Source of the DNA: Campylobacterales bacterium
Lineage (GTDB): Bacteria; Campylobacterota; Campylobacteria; Campylobacterales; QNZT01
Direction: 5' to 3'
Assembly: GCA_024278835.1 (NCBI GenBank)
Contig: JAJRSK010000025.1
Span: 41,907-105,906, forward strand
DNA length: 64,000 bases
Shown here piece after piece: positions 19,924-29,713 of this stretch (position 1 is its first letter; each line of letters starts with the position of its first letter). The position numbers and the translations under genes were made by a program. Below the pieces are notes generated by a model, which saw only the letters and a program-made list of their open reading frames with translations, was not told the origin of the DNA and did no database searches.

Positions 19924-22900
19924 ATGATAAAAAAGTTTATTGCGTTTTCTATAGAGAAGTCGATACTTAACCATATATTTTTTCTTTTTTTACTCCTGCT
20001 TGGAAGCTTTGCTTATCTCAACATACCCAAAGAGATTTTTCCCCCTACCAACCTTGATGCTATCGCTATCTCTGGCTCTTATGCAGGGGCTAGTCCAGAT
20101 ATCTTAGACAAGATGGCAGTCAGTACCATCGAAGATGAACTCAAAAATCTCTCAGAGATAAGTAGCATAGAGAGCACTATCAAAAATGGTTTTTTTAGGA
20201 TAAAAGCCAATCTCAAAGATGGCGAGGACTTAGATGATACCCTTAGTGATGCCAAAGATATCATCTCCAATATCAGGCGTGATTTACCTAGTGATATGGA
20301 TGAACCAACTGCCAAAGTCATCAAAAATGCTTACCCACTCGTGACCATCGCCATCGCCTCGAATGAAGAGACAAAAAAACTACTTGTTGTCGCTGAGGCT
20401 CTCAAAAAAGAGCTCTCTTCTATAGGGGATTTAAGTGAGATTGATATTCGTGGTGATGCAGATGAGGAGTTGCTTTTTTCATTAGAAGAGAAAAAGATTG
20501 CAGCCCTTGGATTAGACAGCACAGCCATTATCCAAGCCCTCTCTTCTCTAAGCACTATCTTTCCTGTGGGGAGCATCAAAGAGCGTGGCAATCACCTCAC
20601 TTTAAGTACCTACAATGGTTTAAAGGATATTAAAGCCATTCGCCAAAGCATCATCACAGTGGGCAACAAAAAGGTACGCATAGGGGATATCGCAAAAGTC
20701 GATTTTGCCCTAGCCGATGCCACAGAAATCTCTCATTTTAACGCCCTACCCAATATCTCTGTCAATATCAACAAAGCAAAAACAGGTAACGCTATCACAC
20801 TAGTAAAAGAGATAAGAGCCATTCTTAAAACTTATGAGCAAAAATATAGTGCCTATAAGTTTGATGTCTATACGGACTCTTCTATCTGGATACGAAACCG
20901 CCTCAATACCGTTATCTCAAACATCCTTTTTGGGCTCATTCTCGTCACCCTCTCTATCTATATATTTGTCAATGCGCGTATCTCTTTTGTTGTTGCTATC
21001 GGTATCCCGACAAGTTTTCTCATCGGGCTCATCGCTACTGAAATGCTAGGTTACTCACTCAATATGCTCTCTTTATTAGGCGCGCTCATCGCCCTTGGTA
21101 TGCTTGTCGATGAAGCCATCGTCGTCGCTGAAAATATCCAACGCCACATCGAAGAGGGAGATGATGCCAAAACGGCTGCTATCAATGGGGCTAGTGAAAT
21201 GTTTCCAGCCGTACTTACCGCGACAGCTACCACGATATTTGCCTTTTTACCACTTTTGATTATGAGTGGAGAGATGGGTGTGTTTATCAAAATTCTTCCT
21301 ATCATGATATCTATACTACTACTCTCCTCTTTGTTTGAAGCTTTTTACTTTCTACCTCTGCATGCAAAAGAGTTACTCAAAGCCCATAAAGGGGTACATA
21401 GAAACGATAACTTATGGGAAAAGATGAAGAAAACATACATCAAAATTTTACACTTCTTACTCTCTTATCGTTTTATCATGATGGCTGTTTTTGTCATCAC
21501 AGTCCTAGGTGGTACTGCCTTGATGCTAAAAAATAGTAAGTTTCAACTCTTTCCTACCTTTGATACCACGCAGATTTATGTCAGCGGTAAAGTCAACAAA
21601 AACTTTTCCCTAGAACAGACCCAAGAACTTGTCACCAAAGTAGAAAAAATCTTACTAGAAAATCTTGACAAAGGAGACGTCAGCTCCGTCACCTCTATCT
21701 CAGGAATGAAACTAGATGCCAAATACAAAGCAGAGATAGGTGATAATCTCTTTCATATCTTTATCAACTTGCATGAACATATCCCAGAAAATTTTTACAA
21801 TCGCCTCATCAATCCTATCCTCTCGCCTGAGTATGATGATAGCGATATGCTGCGCTCCCATACTGCCCAACAGATAGCGGATGAGATAAAAGAGCTCACA
21901 AGAAGTTTCAATGACGATAAAGATTTTGAAGAGTTCTCTGTTGTCGTTCCAGGTGCGGGTATCGTAGAGAGTGATATCGATATCGCATTTTCAGGCGATG
22001 AGGCAAAGGTGATTGAAAGTATCGAAAAGTTAAAAGCCAAGATGCAAACGATAGAGGGTGTATACAATATCTCTGATGATTTAGTCGAGGGAGAAAAAGA
22101 GTTAAAACTCAAAGTCAATCGCTATGGGGAGTCTCTAGGATTTACAGAAAACTCCCTTGCTAGTACCTTACGACCCCTCTTTTTAAAATCAGAAATCTCT
22201 AAAATGTTTTATGAGGGCAAACTTACTAGGATAAAATCCCAAAGCCTCCATAAAGATGACTTTTCCACCTTACAAAATATTACTGTCACTATCCCTAACA
22301 CCAGCCAAAGCATCCTCCTCTCAGAAGTAGCAGCGTTTATCATCACGCCTTCCTACGCCTCTATCTTTAAAGAAGATGGTGAAAAGCTCTACTCTGTCCT
22401 TGCCTCTTTAAATAAAGAGTTATTGACCTCTAGCGAATTTTTAAGCCAAATAAAACCAACGTTAGAGAGTATCAAAAATTCTGCTGTGCATATAGAGATA
22501 AAAGGGGAAGAGAAAGAGAACAAAAAGATACAAAAAGAGATGATGCAGGCAGCAATTATCGCGATTTTTCTTATCTTTATCGCACTTATTTGGATGTTTG
22601 ACTCTATCTCTCTTTCACTTTTTGTACTCTCGACCATCCCACTCTCCCTCTTTGGAGTACTGCTTGGACACATCATCATGTCACTCAATCTTACGATGCC
22701 TGGTATGCTTGGTATCGTGGGACTTGCGGGCGTAGTGGTCAATGATGGCATCATCATGATAGACTTTATCAGACGCGCGGAGAGTTATGAGAGTTTTATC
22801 AAAAATGCCTCTTTAAGACTACGACCGATATTGCTCACTTCTATCACCACGATACTAGGACTCTCTACACTCATCTTTTTTGCCGCAGGGCAATCTGTCA

Positions 22901-23010
22901 TCTTACAACCTATGGCAGTCTCACTAGGATTTGGTATCGCGTGGGCTACGGTACTCAACCTCTTCTTTTTACCACTTCTTTATGCAAGTGTACATAAGAT
23001 AAAAATCTAG
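19924..23010 (+). CDS. RND-family (AcrB-like) efflux permease
   Basis: 1028 aa with 12 TM segments and two large periplasmic loops. No adaptor or OMF gene is adjacent. Confidence 0.8.
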   Translation: MIKKFIAFSIEKSILNHIFFLFLLLLGSFAYLNIPKEIFPPTNLDAIAISGSYAGASPDILDKMAVSTIEDELKNLSEISSIESTIKNGFFRIKANLKDGEDLDDTLSDAKDIISNIRRDLPSDMDEPTAKVIKNAYPLVTIAIASNEETKKLLVVAEALKKELSSIGDLSEIDIRGDADEELLFSLEEKKIAALGLDSTAIIQALSSLSTIFPVGSIKERGNHLTLSTYNGLKDIKAIRQSIITVGNKKVRIGDIAKVDFALADATEISHFNALPNISVNINKAKTGNAITLVKEIRAILKTYEQKYSAYKFDVYTDSSIWIRNRLNTVISNILFGLILVTLSIYIFVNARISFVVAIGIPTSFLIGLIATEMLGYSLNMLSLLGALIALGMLVDEAIVVAENIQRHIEEGDDAKTAAINGASEMFPAVLTATATTIFAFLPLLIMSGEMGVFIKILPIMISILLLSSLFEAFYFLPLHAKELLKAHKGVHRNDNLWEKMKKTYIKILHFLLSYRFIMMAVFVITVLGGTALMLKNSKFQLFPTFDTTQIYVSGKVNKNFSLEQTQELVTKVEKILLENLDKGDVSSVTSISGMKLDAKYKAEIGDNLFHIFINLHEHIPENFYNRLINPILSPEYDDSDMLRSHTAQQIADEIKELTRSFNDDKDFEEFSVVVPGAGIVESDIDIAFSGDEAKVIESIEKLKAKMQTIEGVYNISDDLVEGEKELKLKVNRYGESLGFTENSLASTLRPLFLKSEISKMFYEGKLTRIKSQSLHKDDFSTLQNITVTIPNTSQSILLSEVAAFIITPSYASIFKEDGEKLYSVLASLNKELLTSSEFLSQIKPTLESIKNSAVHIEIKGEEKENKKIQKEMMQAAIIAIFLIFIALIWMFDSISLSLFVLSTIPLSLFGVLLGHIIMSLNLTMPGMLGIVGLAGVVVNDGIIMIDFIRRAESYESFIKNASLRLRPILLTSITTILGLSTLIFFAAGQSVILQPMAVSLGFGIAWATVLNLFFLPLLYASVHKIKI

Positions 23011-23069
23011 CTTCATATATCATTCACTTTTTCTTGCTATAATATACCATCAAGCTAATGGGAGATTTT

Positions 23070-23291
23070 ATGGAAGAAAATAACGATATTGATATCACTA
23101 AAAAAGATGATTACATCACAGAAGTAGCAGCACTTAAAAAAAAGTATAAAGCAGAAAAAGAGAAGATTGAATGGGCAGATGATGAGTGGGAAGAAGCGAT
23201 GATTCAAGAAGAAATGGATAAGTATGCCACAAAAATAAGAGCATTAAACCAACAACTAGCCAGTATAGAAAAGATAGAAAAAAATGCTTAA
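23070..23291 (+). CDS. Small acidic coiled-coil protein, unknown function
   Basis: The second ATG (23070) has a GGGAG Shine-Dalgarno sequence 5 nt upstream. A TATAAT box lies upstream. Confidence 0.4.
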   Translation: MEENNDIDITKKDDYITEVAALKKKYKAEKEKIEWADDEWEEAMIQEEMDKYATKIRALNQQLASIEKIEKNA

Positions 23292-23294
23292 ATT

Positions 23295-23320
23295 AAAAGC
23301 TGAGCAACCGCCCAGCTTTT
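23295..23320. terminator. Bidirectional hairpin terminator
   Basis: AAAAGCTG-AGCAACCGCC-CAGCTTTT between convergent small genes. Confidence 0.5.
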
Positions 23321-23552
23321 AGACCTCTTTTTTAGAAAAGATTTTAGAAAAGCCTTTCCAAACTCCCCTAAAAATCCATAAACCAAGATACCCTACCAAA
23401 GCAAATACCAATGGATGCAAAGCACCAATGCCATAGGCTCCAGCATGTGGAAGTTCTGAAAATCTCTCTATAGGAGAAGTTAATAAATCAGGATGCAAGA
23501 CAAGTGCCAAGACCACTAAAACAATGCCATAAATAACTAATTCTTTCTTCAC
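23319..23552 (-). CDS. Small 2-TM membrane protein downstream of the NrfD-like gene
   Basis: A GTG start at 23552 is preceded by AAGGA. Two hydrophobic helices. The longer TTG start of the ORF track is less convincing. Confidence 0.35.
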   Translation of the reverse strand: MKKELVIYGIVLVVLALVLHPDLLTSPIERFSELPHAGAYGIGALHPLVFALVGYLGLWIFRGVWKGFSKIFSKKEV

Positions 23553-23632
23553 ATAAATCCTTTTGAAGGTTAATGATATTAAAAGATTCCTTTTGACTTG
23601 CGAATAACAAGCCAAAAGGAGAAATAGAATGC

Positions 23633-24838
23633 TTAGTGTGCTTCTTCTTCATCAAGATTAAACATTTTAGTACCGACCCAGTAAAGTGCCATACAGATAC
23701 CAAGTCCACCTAGAGATATCATCACCTCAGTCGAACTAGGTATATAATGTATCCACTCAGGGGCAAGTTGATACTCTGCATTTTTTAACATATGTAGTGG
23801 TTTTAACTGTGTATCATGTACAAGATTATATCTCATAAACATGATACCTACCATACCACTTAGTGAAACCCAAAAGAGAAGAACATGAGATTTACCCATA
23901 TCTTTTAAAATCACAATCAATGGAATCAACATGGCAAGGATAACCTCAGCCCAGAATGTCCACGAACCAAGTATATGCAGTGCCACTTCAGCACGATCTG
24001 GCATACCTCCATAAATATCTGTTAATGTCTTCCATGTGACAAAGAAAATCAAGATAGAAATCAAGAGTGCTTGTATCTTTGCCAAACCTGTCAACATCGT
24101 TTTCACTTTCTCTGGAAATTCCAATCTATATCTAAGACCCATGATAATAAAGGCGATAAAAACACCTGTTATAAATGCCGTCAAGATGAAATAAGTTGGA
24201 TAGAACACACCATTTGAAATCGGTCTGGTATTTAAAAAACCAAACACAGACCCAAGATTTGAGTGCGCTGCAAGACCAACCATAAGACCAGTAAGACCAA
24301 ATATTCTCGCCATTTTCATATCATGTTTTAATAAAAAAATAAACTCAATGATCATAAAAGTTAGATAAAGTCCATAAAGTGTACCCATCCACCAAATAGC
24401 TGAAGTGAGTCCCGGACTTAATATATTGTAAATAATCATTGTCACAGGATGCCCTATCTCTAATAATATAACAGCAAATCCCGCTAAAATAGTTACTATA
24501 GATCCAAAAATAGCTCTTTTTGAGATAAGTTCATAATCTTCAAATTTAAACACATCCCCAAGCGAACCTATGATACAAAGCCCTGTGGAAGAGACCACAA
24601 AGAAAATATATACTGCAAGTAGAAGCCCCCAAGGATGCTGTCTTGTTACATTGTAAGCGTGATGTCCATGCACCAAATAAAGAATAGCACCTACTACAAA
24701 CAGCCCCAAAAATAGTACTGTTAACCCTGCTAATAGCATATTTCTAGGCGTCTTTTCAAAACTCAATAAATCTTTAATCCCTATCTTATTAAAAGGAATT
24801 GTTGATATAAATTCTTTACCTTTTTCAATAATACTCAT
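23633..24838 (-). CDS. NrfD/PsrC-family membrane quinol-interacting subunit
   Basis: 401 aa polytopic membrane protein directly downstream of the 4Fe-4S and molybdopterin subunits. Confidence 0.75.
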   Translation of the reverse strand: MSIIEKGKEFISTIPFNKIGIKDLLSFEKTPRNMLLAGLTVLFLGLFVVGAILYLVHGHHAYNVTRQHPWGLLLAVYIFFVVSSTGLCIIGSLGDVFKFEDYELISKRAIFGSIVTILAGFAVILLEIGHPVTMIIYNILSPGLTSAIWWMGTLYGLYLTFMIIEFIFLLKHDMKMARIFGLTGLMVGLAAHSNLGSVFGFLNTRPISNGVFYPTYFILTAFITGVFIAFIIMGLRYRLEFPEKVKTMLTGLAKIQALLISILIFFVTWKTLTDIYGGMPDRAEVALHILGSWTFWAEVILAMLIPLIVILKDMGKSHVLLFWVSLSGMVGIMFMRYNLVHDTQLKPLHMLKNAEYQLAPEWIHYIPSSTEVMISLGGLGICMALYWVGTKMFNLDEEEAH

Positions 24839-24848
24839 ATCAATCTCC

Positions 24849-25412
24849 TTATGTTAGATAGAAAAGTTTTGGTTTAGTACCAAGATGCGCTTTGAGTGTA
24901 AAGTGATCTCTGGTTATCAACAACTGACTAATTTCACTCTCTGGATCATCCAAATCACCAAAGGTTCTTACTTTTGTTGGGCAGGTATTTTGACAAGCAG
25001 TCGTCACCTCACCACGTGCAAGTCTTGTATCTGTACAGAAAGTACATTTATCCACCGTCATCGTTCTATCATCTACATATCTCGCATCATAAGGACACGC
25101 TTCCATACAGTAACTACAAAGAATACACTTATCTGCGTCCACCTGCACAACACCATTAACATCATAATAAGTTGCCTCCGTTGGACAAACATCTTGACAA
25201 GGTGCATCATCACACTGCTGACACTGACTAGGCACAAAAGTACTCGATACAATAGATAGATTTGGCCATTCACCATCTATCTCTTTCACACCTACCCAGA
25301 TTCTATGCTTATCTGCACCTAGTAGTATCCCATTTTCCTCTTTACAAGCCACTTCACATGCCTTGCAATTAATACAATTTTTATAATCTAATGCCATTCC
25401 ATATCTTGCCAT
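24849..25412 (-). CDS. 4Fe-4S ferredoxin-type electron-transfer subunit (PsrB/PhsB-like)
   Basis: Four Cys clusters: CINCKACEVAC, CQQCDDAPC, CILCSYCMEAC and CTFC...C. Confidence 0.85.
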   Translation of the reverse strand: MARYGMALDYKNCINCKACEVACKEENGILLGADKHRIWVGVKEIDGEWPNLSIVSSTFVPSQCQQCDDAPCQDVCPTEATYYDVNGVVQVDADKCILCSYCMEACPYDARYVDDRTMTVDKCTFCTDTRLARGEVTTACQNTCPTKVRTFGDLDDPESEISQLLITRDHFTLKAHLGTKPKLFYLT

Positions 25413-25414
25413 GA

Positions 25415-27814
25415 TTACACCTTCCTTATTTCTACATTTGTTTCATGCATCGCAGCAGCACCATAGACTGGCTCTTTGATATCTTCAATGATAGTATTAT
25501 CATTGGCACCATTTTTGTAAGCCCATGTTAACTCTTCACTCTCTTGCCCAAAGCCATGGATAAAGAAAGTTTGATTCGGTGCAATTTTTTCAGTTGGATA
25601 TGCTTTAATCTCGACCTTTCCAATCCTACTTGAAACTTCCACTTTATCACCAAATGAGATTCCCATCTCTTTAGCCACTCTTTTATTAATCCATATGTAG
25701 TTTTCAGGCATTAAGTCCCTCAACATCATATTATTACCTGTCCCACTCTGTGTAAATTGTGCATGACGTCCTGTAAGGAGTCTAAATTTTCCTTTAGGTA
25801 CGACAAAGTTATATTCATCTCTCCAAGTAGGCATTGCATCAACACCTTTATTTGCAAGAGATTTTAAATTACACTCTATTTTCCCAGAGTTGGTTTTTGG
25901 CTTACCGCCAGCTACAGAATAATACTTTTTCTTTTCAGGATAGTATTGAAACTTATTAAGCGCGAGCTGTTTATAGTATTTATCTATATTTGGATAGAAA
26001 ACACCATGTTCTTTTAATGCTTCATGTGCACCTGGATAGTCAGCCACGGCATGTTCATTTAAGATTTCTTGATCATGCTTAAATGGTAGTGAAATATCAA
26101 ATTCAGCAAATACCGTCGCTTCATCCGAATCGGCTATTTCACTTTGTACCTCTTCATCATGTTTTTTAGTATTTTCAAATATTGGTTTAGAAATCTTTTC
26201 AGTCAAGCCTCTTAAAATCTCCATCACGGGTTTACTCTCAAACATAGGCTCAACAACTTTGTTTCTCACTGCTATCGAAGGTTCAACACCACCAAATGTC
26301 TTTACAGGATCAGTACGTTCTAAGTAGGTACACTCTGGCAATACGACATCTGCATACATCACTGTATCACTTGGCATCGTATCGATACAAACTACAAGTT
26401 CCATTCTTTGTAGCATTTGGGCTGTTTTAGCGGAGTTTGGCATGTTCATCATTGGATTGTGTTTATAACAGAACATTCCACGCACTTTATAAGGCATTTT
26501 ATCTTCTAAAAATCTATTTCTCCACCCGAGCCATGAACCACCACCACTGACAACAGCACAGTCATCATAGCCAGCTTCACCTTTTTTGGCATCTTTTTTC
26601 TTTAAAACTGCCCTAGCTTGCGCTCTATCATACATAGGTAAAAGACCTTCGTGCCCTTTGAGTTTGAGTTTACTACCAAAAACAAGACCACCCTTGGTAT
26701 CGATACCACCACCTAAGGCTTGAAATATCGCCATAGCACGACGCAATTGAAAGTCATTTTTAGCAAATGTAGATCTTCTTCCTGGATAGTAAACAGCTTT
26801 TGGAGCATGCGCCATAAATTCTCTAGCAATAGTCTCTATATCTTTGGCTCTGATACCTGTGATTTTTGATGCCCATGCCGCTGTATACTTACTAGAAAGT
26901 ACATGTGCTTTATACTCATCAAAACCATTAAAAAACTTCTCCACATATGTTGTATCATACAACTCTTCATCTAAAACAATATACGTTAATGCTAAAACAA
27001 ATGCTAAATCGGTACCTGGATTGATTGCCAACCATTTATCTGCTTTTGCTGCGGTATTGGTAAAGCGAGGGTCGATACAAATCATCTTTGCACCTCTGCC
27101 TTTAGTACGTTTAAAGGCATCCATCGTATCAGGAGTGACTATCGCTTCCGCTCTATTGGCTCCTGCCATGATGATATACTCTGCATTATCCAAATCTGCT
27201 TGAGGATAAGCACCTATCGTCACACCATAACCAGAAGCAACTGTTTGAAGACAGATAGAGGCATGATTTAACCAGTTTGCTGAACCAAATGCTTCATAAA
27301 ATTGCTTAAAAGTATGCTCAGCCATACCTTCCCCTGCACAAAATAAAAATGAAGATCTATTGTCTTCTTCTTCATCGAGAATCTTTAACATCTTCTCTTT
27401 GATATATTCATTTGCCTCATCCCACGTAACTTTTTTAAACTTGCCACTTCCTTTTTCACCATCTCTAATCATTGGGTACTTAAGACGATCTGGATCATAC
27501 AATGCCTGTAGTCCAGCATTCCCTCTTGCACATAACATATTTTTAGATTTAGGGAACAGTGGGTTTGGATTGAGTTTGGTAACAACACCATCTTCAACTC
27601 TTGCAATAGCTGCGCATTTATTAACACACATCTCGCAAAGCGTTGCAATCTCCTCTGCTTTTCCTGTACCCGTCTTGGTCGTTGCTTCTATCTTTCGCTT
27701 CTCTTCACTATTAGAAAAGAGGTTTGTAGCGGTCAGGGCTGTACCACCCGCCACCGATAAAGCAACACTACCTTGAAGGAATTTTCTTCTTGAAACTTCA
27801 ACCTTCATCAGCAT
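25415..27814 (-). CDS. Tat-exported molybdopterin oxidoreductase catalytic subunit (polysulfide/thiosulfate reductase family)
   Basis: Twin-arginine signal SRRKFLQGS. N-terminal Fe-S motif CEMCVNKC...C. Size and ABC operon layout match Psr/Phs. Substrate cannot be assigned from sequence alone. Confidence 0.75.
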   Translation of the reverse strand: MLMKVEVSRRKFLQGSVALSVAGGTALTATNLFSNSEEKRKIEATTKTGTGKAEEIATLCEMCVNKCAAIARVEDGVVTKLNPNPLFPKSKNMLCARGNAGLQALYDPDRLKYPMIRDGEKGSGKFKKVTWDEANEYIKEKMLKILDEEEDNRSSFLFCAGEGMAEHTFKQFYEAFGSANWLNHASICLQTVASGYGVTIGAYPQADLDNAEYIIMAGANRAEAIVTPDTMDAFKRTKGRGAKMICIDPRFTNTAAKADKWLAINPGTDLAFVLALTYIVLDEELYDTTYVEKFFNGFDEYKAHVLSSKYTAAWASKITGIRAKDIETIAREFMAHAPKAVYYPGRRSTFAKNDFQLRRAMAIFQALGGGIDTKGGLVFGSKLKLKGHEGLLPMYDRAQARAVLKKKDAKKGEAGYDDCAVVSGGGSWLGWRNRFLEDKMPYKVRGMFCYKHNPMMNMPNSAKTAQMLQRMELVVCIDTMPSDTVMYADVVLPECTYLERTDPVKTFGGVEPSIAVRNKVVEPMFESKPVMEILRGLTEKISKPIFENTKKHDEEVQSEIADSDEATVFAEFDISLPFKHDQEILNEHAVADYPGAHEALKEHGVFYPNIDKYYKQLALNKFQYYPEKKKYYSVAGGKPKTNSGKIECNLKSLANKGVDAMPTWRDEYNFVVPKGKFRLLTGRHAQFTQSGTGNNMMLRDLMPENYIWINKRVAKEMGISFGDKVEVSSRIGKVEIKAYPTEKIAPNQTFFIHGFGQESEELTWAYKNGANDNTIIEDIKEPVYGAAAMHETNVEIRKV

Positions 27815-27986
27815 TTCTCCTTGAGTTTATTAGATGCACTGCCTTAATTAAGACAATATTTATCTTAATCATTAGTTTATCTTATAAATTATATCACTAA
27901 AAACAATAAAATTCGATGATTTAAATCAAGAAATTGTGTTTTTTTTACAATTTTTGCTTACTTTTATCGTCAGCTATAAGAAAGGC

Positions 27987-29132
27987 TTATTTTTTACGAT
28001 ACATTATTTCCATATCATCCAAAACACCAGATTCAAAATCTTTATGACATGCAGCGCAATTTGACTTATCTTTAATTTTTTTATCTCTATAGGCACTTCG
28101 TGGAATATGGCTATGTGTTACTCTCCAATATGGCGTTTTTGTAATTGCTTTTGGTCTTCTCTCTCCAAGAGAATCCATTATCTTTACTGCTGCTTCTCTA
28201 GTGGAGTGTTCTGCACTGTTTTGATATAAAAATTCTCGTATAGAGGCTTGTTTGGACATTGATATATTGGCATCTGTGATTTTTACACCAAAATGATTAT
28301 CTAAATCATCCATGACACGTTTCCATGATTTCTCGGGCAGCAAAAATGGTGGATAGATTTTGTGACAATCACCACACTCTTTAAAAAATACTGGATGTTC
28401 TGTAGCATAATCAATAGGAGTAAATTTACGCATTGTTAAAAAGTTATAATTAGAACTGATGATAAAAAAGTAACTTGCAATGGCAACCAATATCATGGAG
28501 TAGGCAAAAAAATTCAGGATTGGCTTCACCGATGTATCTTCACCATCTGTTTTCTTATATCCATTTATCATAGCAAACACCATGCCTGTCTTGTGCCAAA
28601 ACTGTTCTACCATAACCCCCGCTATGTGGATAATGACCCAAACTAAAAAAAGATAGGATGCATATCTGTGTATCCCATCTAGCATTCCCATATAGTGACT
28701 ATAATCATCGTTTAAATGCATAAAAAGCCCCTTACCTTCTTGTACACCATAAAGTAACAGCCCTGAAATAACAATAACAGTTCCCACCATCAATGCCCAT
28801 ACTGTGAACCAAGAAGAGGCGGGATTATGTCCCGCAGGAATCTTTCTCCATCTATTGGTTACTTTTAGAACAAAATACTCTTTTAATTGAGGCAAACTGA
28901 GTTTAAATGTATTAAATGTGGCGTATTTTGGTCCAATAATCCCCCAAATAACCCTATATATAATAATTGTTAAAAAGATAAAACCAAGTGCAACATGACT
29001 ATGTAACAAATAAGCATAAAATGAAGTGACAAATGCTGCAGTAAAAGAGAATGCCATCATCCAGTGGATGATACGTGTGCCTATAGGCCATACAAATACG
29101 TATCCGGGCTTTTTGTTCATAGTTCGTCCCAT
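27987..29132 (-). CDS. Fusion of a cytochrome b561-type membrane domain with a C-terminal diheme cytochrome c domain
   Basis: The N-terminal half is a His-containing 4-5 TM cytochrome-b-like domain. The C-terminal half has two CxxCH motifs (CGDCH, CAACH) in a DHC-like context. Confidence 0.6.
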   Translation of the reverse strand: MGRTMNKKPGYVFVWPIGTRIIHWMMAFSFTAAFVTSFYAYLLHSHVALGFIFLTIIIYRVIWGIIGPKYATFNTFKLSLPQLKEYFVLKVTNRWRKIPAGHNPASSWFTVWALMVGTVIVISGLLLYGVQEGKGLFMHLNDDYSHYMGMLDGIHRYASYLFLVWVIIHIAGVMVEQFWHKTGMVFAMINGYKKTDGEDTSVKPILNFFAYSMILVAIASYFFIISSNYNFLTMRKFTPIDYATEHPVFFKECGDCHKIYPPFLLPEKSWKRVMDDLDNHFGVKITDANISMSKQASIREFLYQNSAEHSTREAAVKIMDSLGERRPKAITKTPYWRVTHSHIPRSAYRDKKIKDKSNCAACHKDFESGVLDDMEIMYRKK

Positions 29133-29301
29133 ATATTTAAATTAAGTGGAAGTGTAGCATAGTTTTGTTGACGCAGTAATAAAACTTAAATGAGACAATT
29201 TTCGTCATTTTTGAGGATAAAAGGAGCGTAAGATAAAGAGAGAAATATTTGATATAGCTATAACCAAGAGAAAACTTTCCCTTGATTATATTATAAAACT
29301 A

Positions 29302-29682
29302 TTATTCAGGTTTTTTATAAAAACTTTTTTCTATAAATTCTGCCATTGCTTTAGGATCATAGTTATACCCTTTGTCTAGAAGCTTTTTCATGTTATGTTC
29401 CATCACATCGTGTTCTGTCCCAGAAGACTGGTTTGTTCCACCATTTTTAACATCATACAGATCAAGTTCTAACTCAGCAGCTTGTCTATCATTGAGTGCA
29501 GGTGCCTTTTTCTCAGTGATACCAGCACCATCAGCACCATGGCATTTCACACATGAACTATCGTAGACCTCTTTTGGCGATTTACTATATGTAACTTTTT
29601 CACCAGCATTAGGCGTTTGTGTACAGCCCGAAAATGTCAAGAGAGCAGCAACAGAGATTAATATTATATTCGTTTTTTTCAT
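29302..29682 (-). CDS. Monoheme c-type cytochrome lipoprotein
   Basis: The internal ATG at 29682 has an AAGGA Shine-Dalgarno sequence. Lipobox LLTFSG-C. Single CVKCH heme motif. Confidence 0.7.
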   Translation of the reverse strand: MKKTNIILISVAALLTFSGCTQTPNAGEKVTYSKSPKEVYDSSCVKCHGADGAGITEKKAPALNDRQAAELELDLYDVKNGGTNQSSGTEHDVMEHNMKKLLDKGYNYDPKAMAEFIEKSFYKKPE

Positions 29683-29713
29683 TATTTTTATCCTTTTTTC
29701 TTGTACTTGTTTC

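Noticed and set aside
27844-27926. 10-bp palindromes CTTAATTAAG and GATTTAAATC upstream of the Psr-like operon as operators.
   Set aside because: Short A+T-only palindromes are expected by chance in A+T-rich intergenic DNA. There is no second occurrence or spacing pattern to support them.
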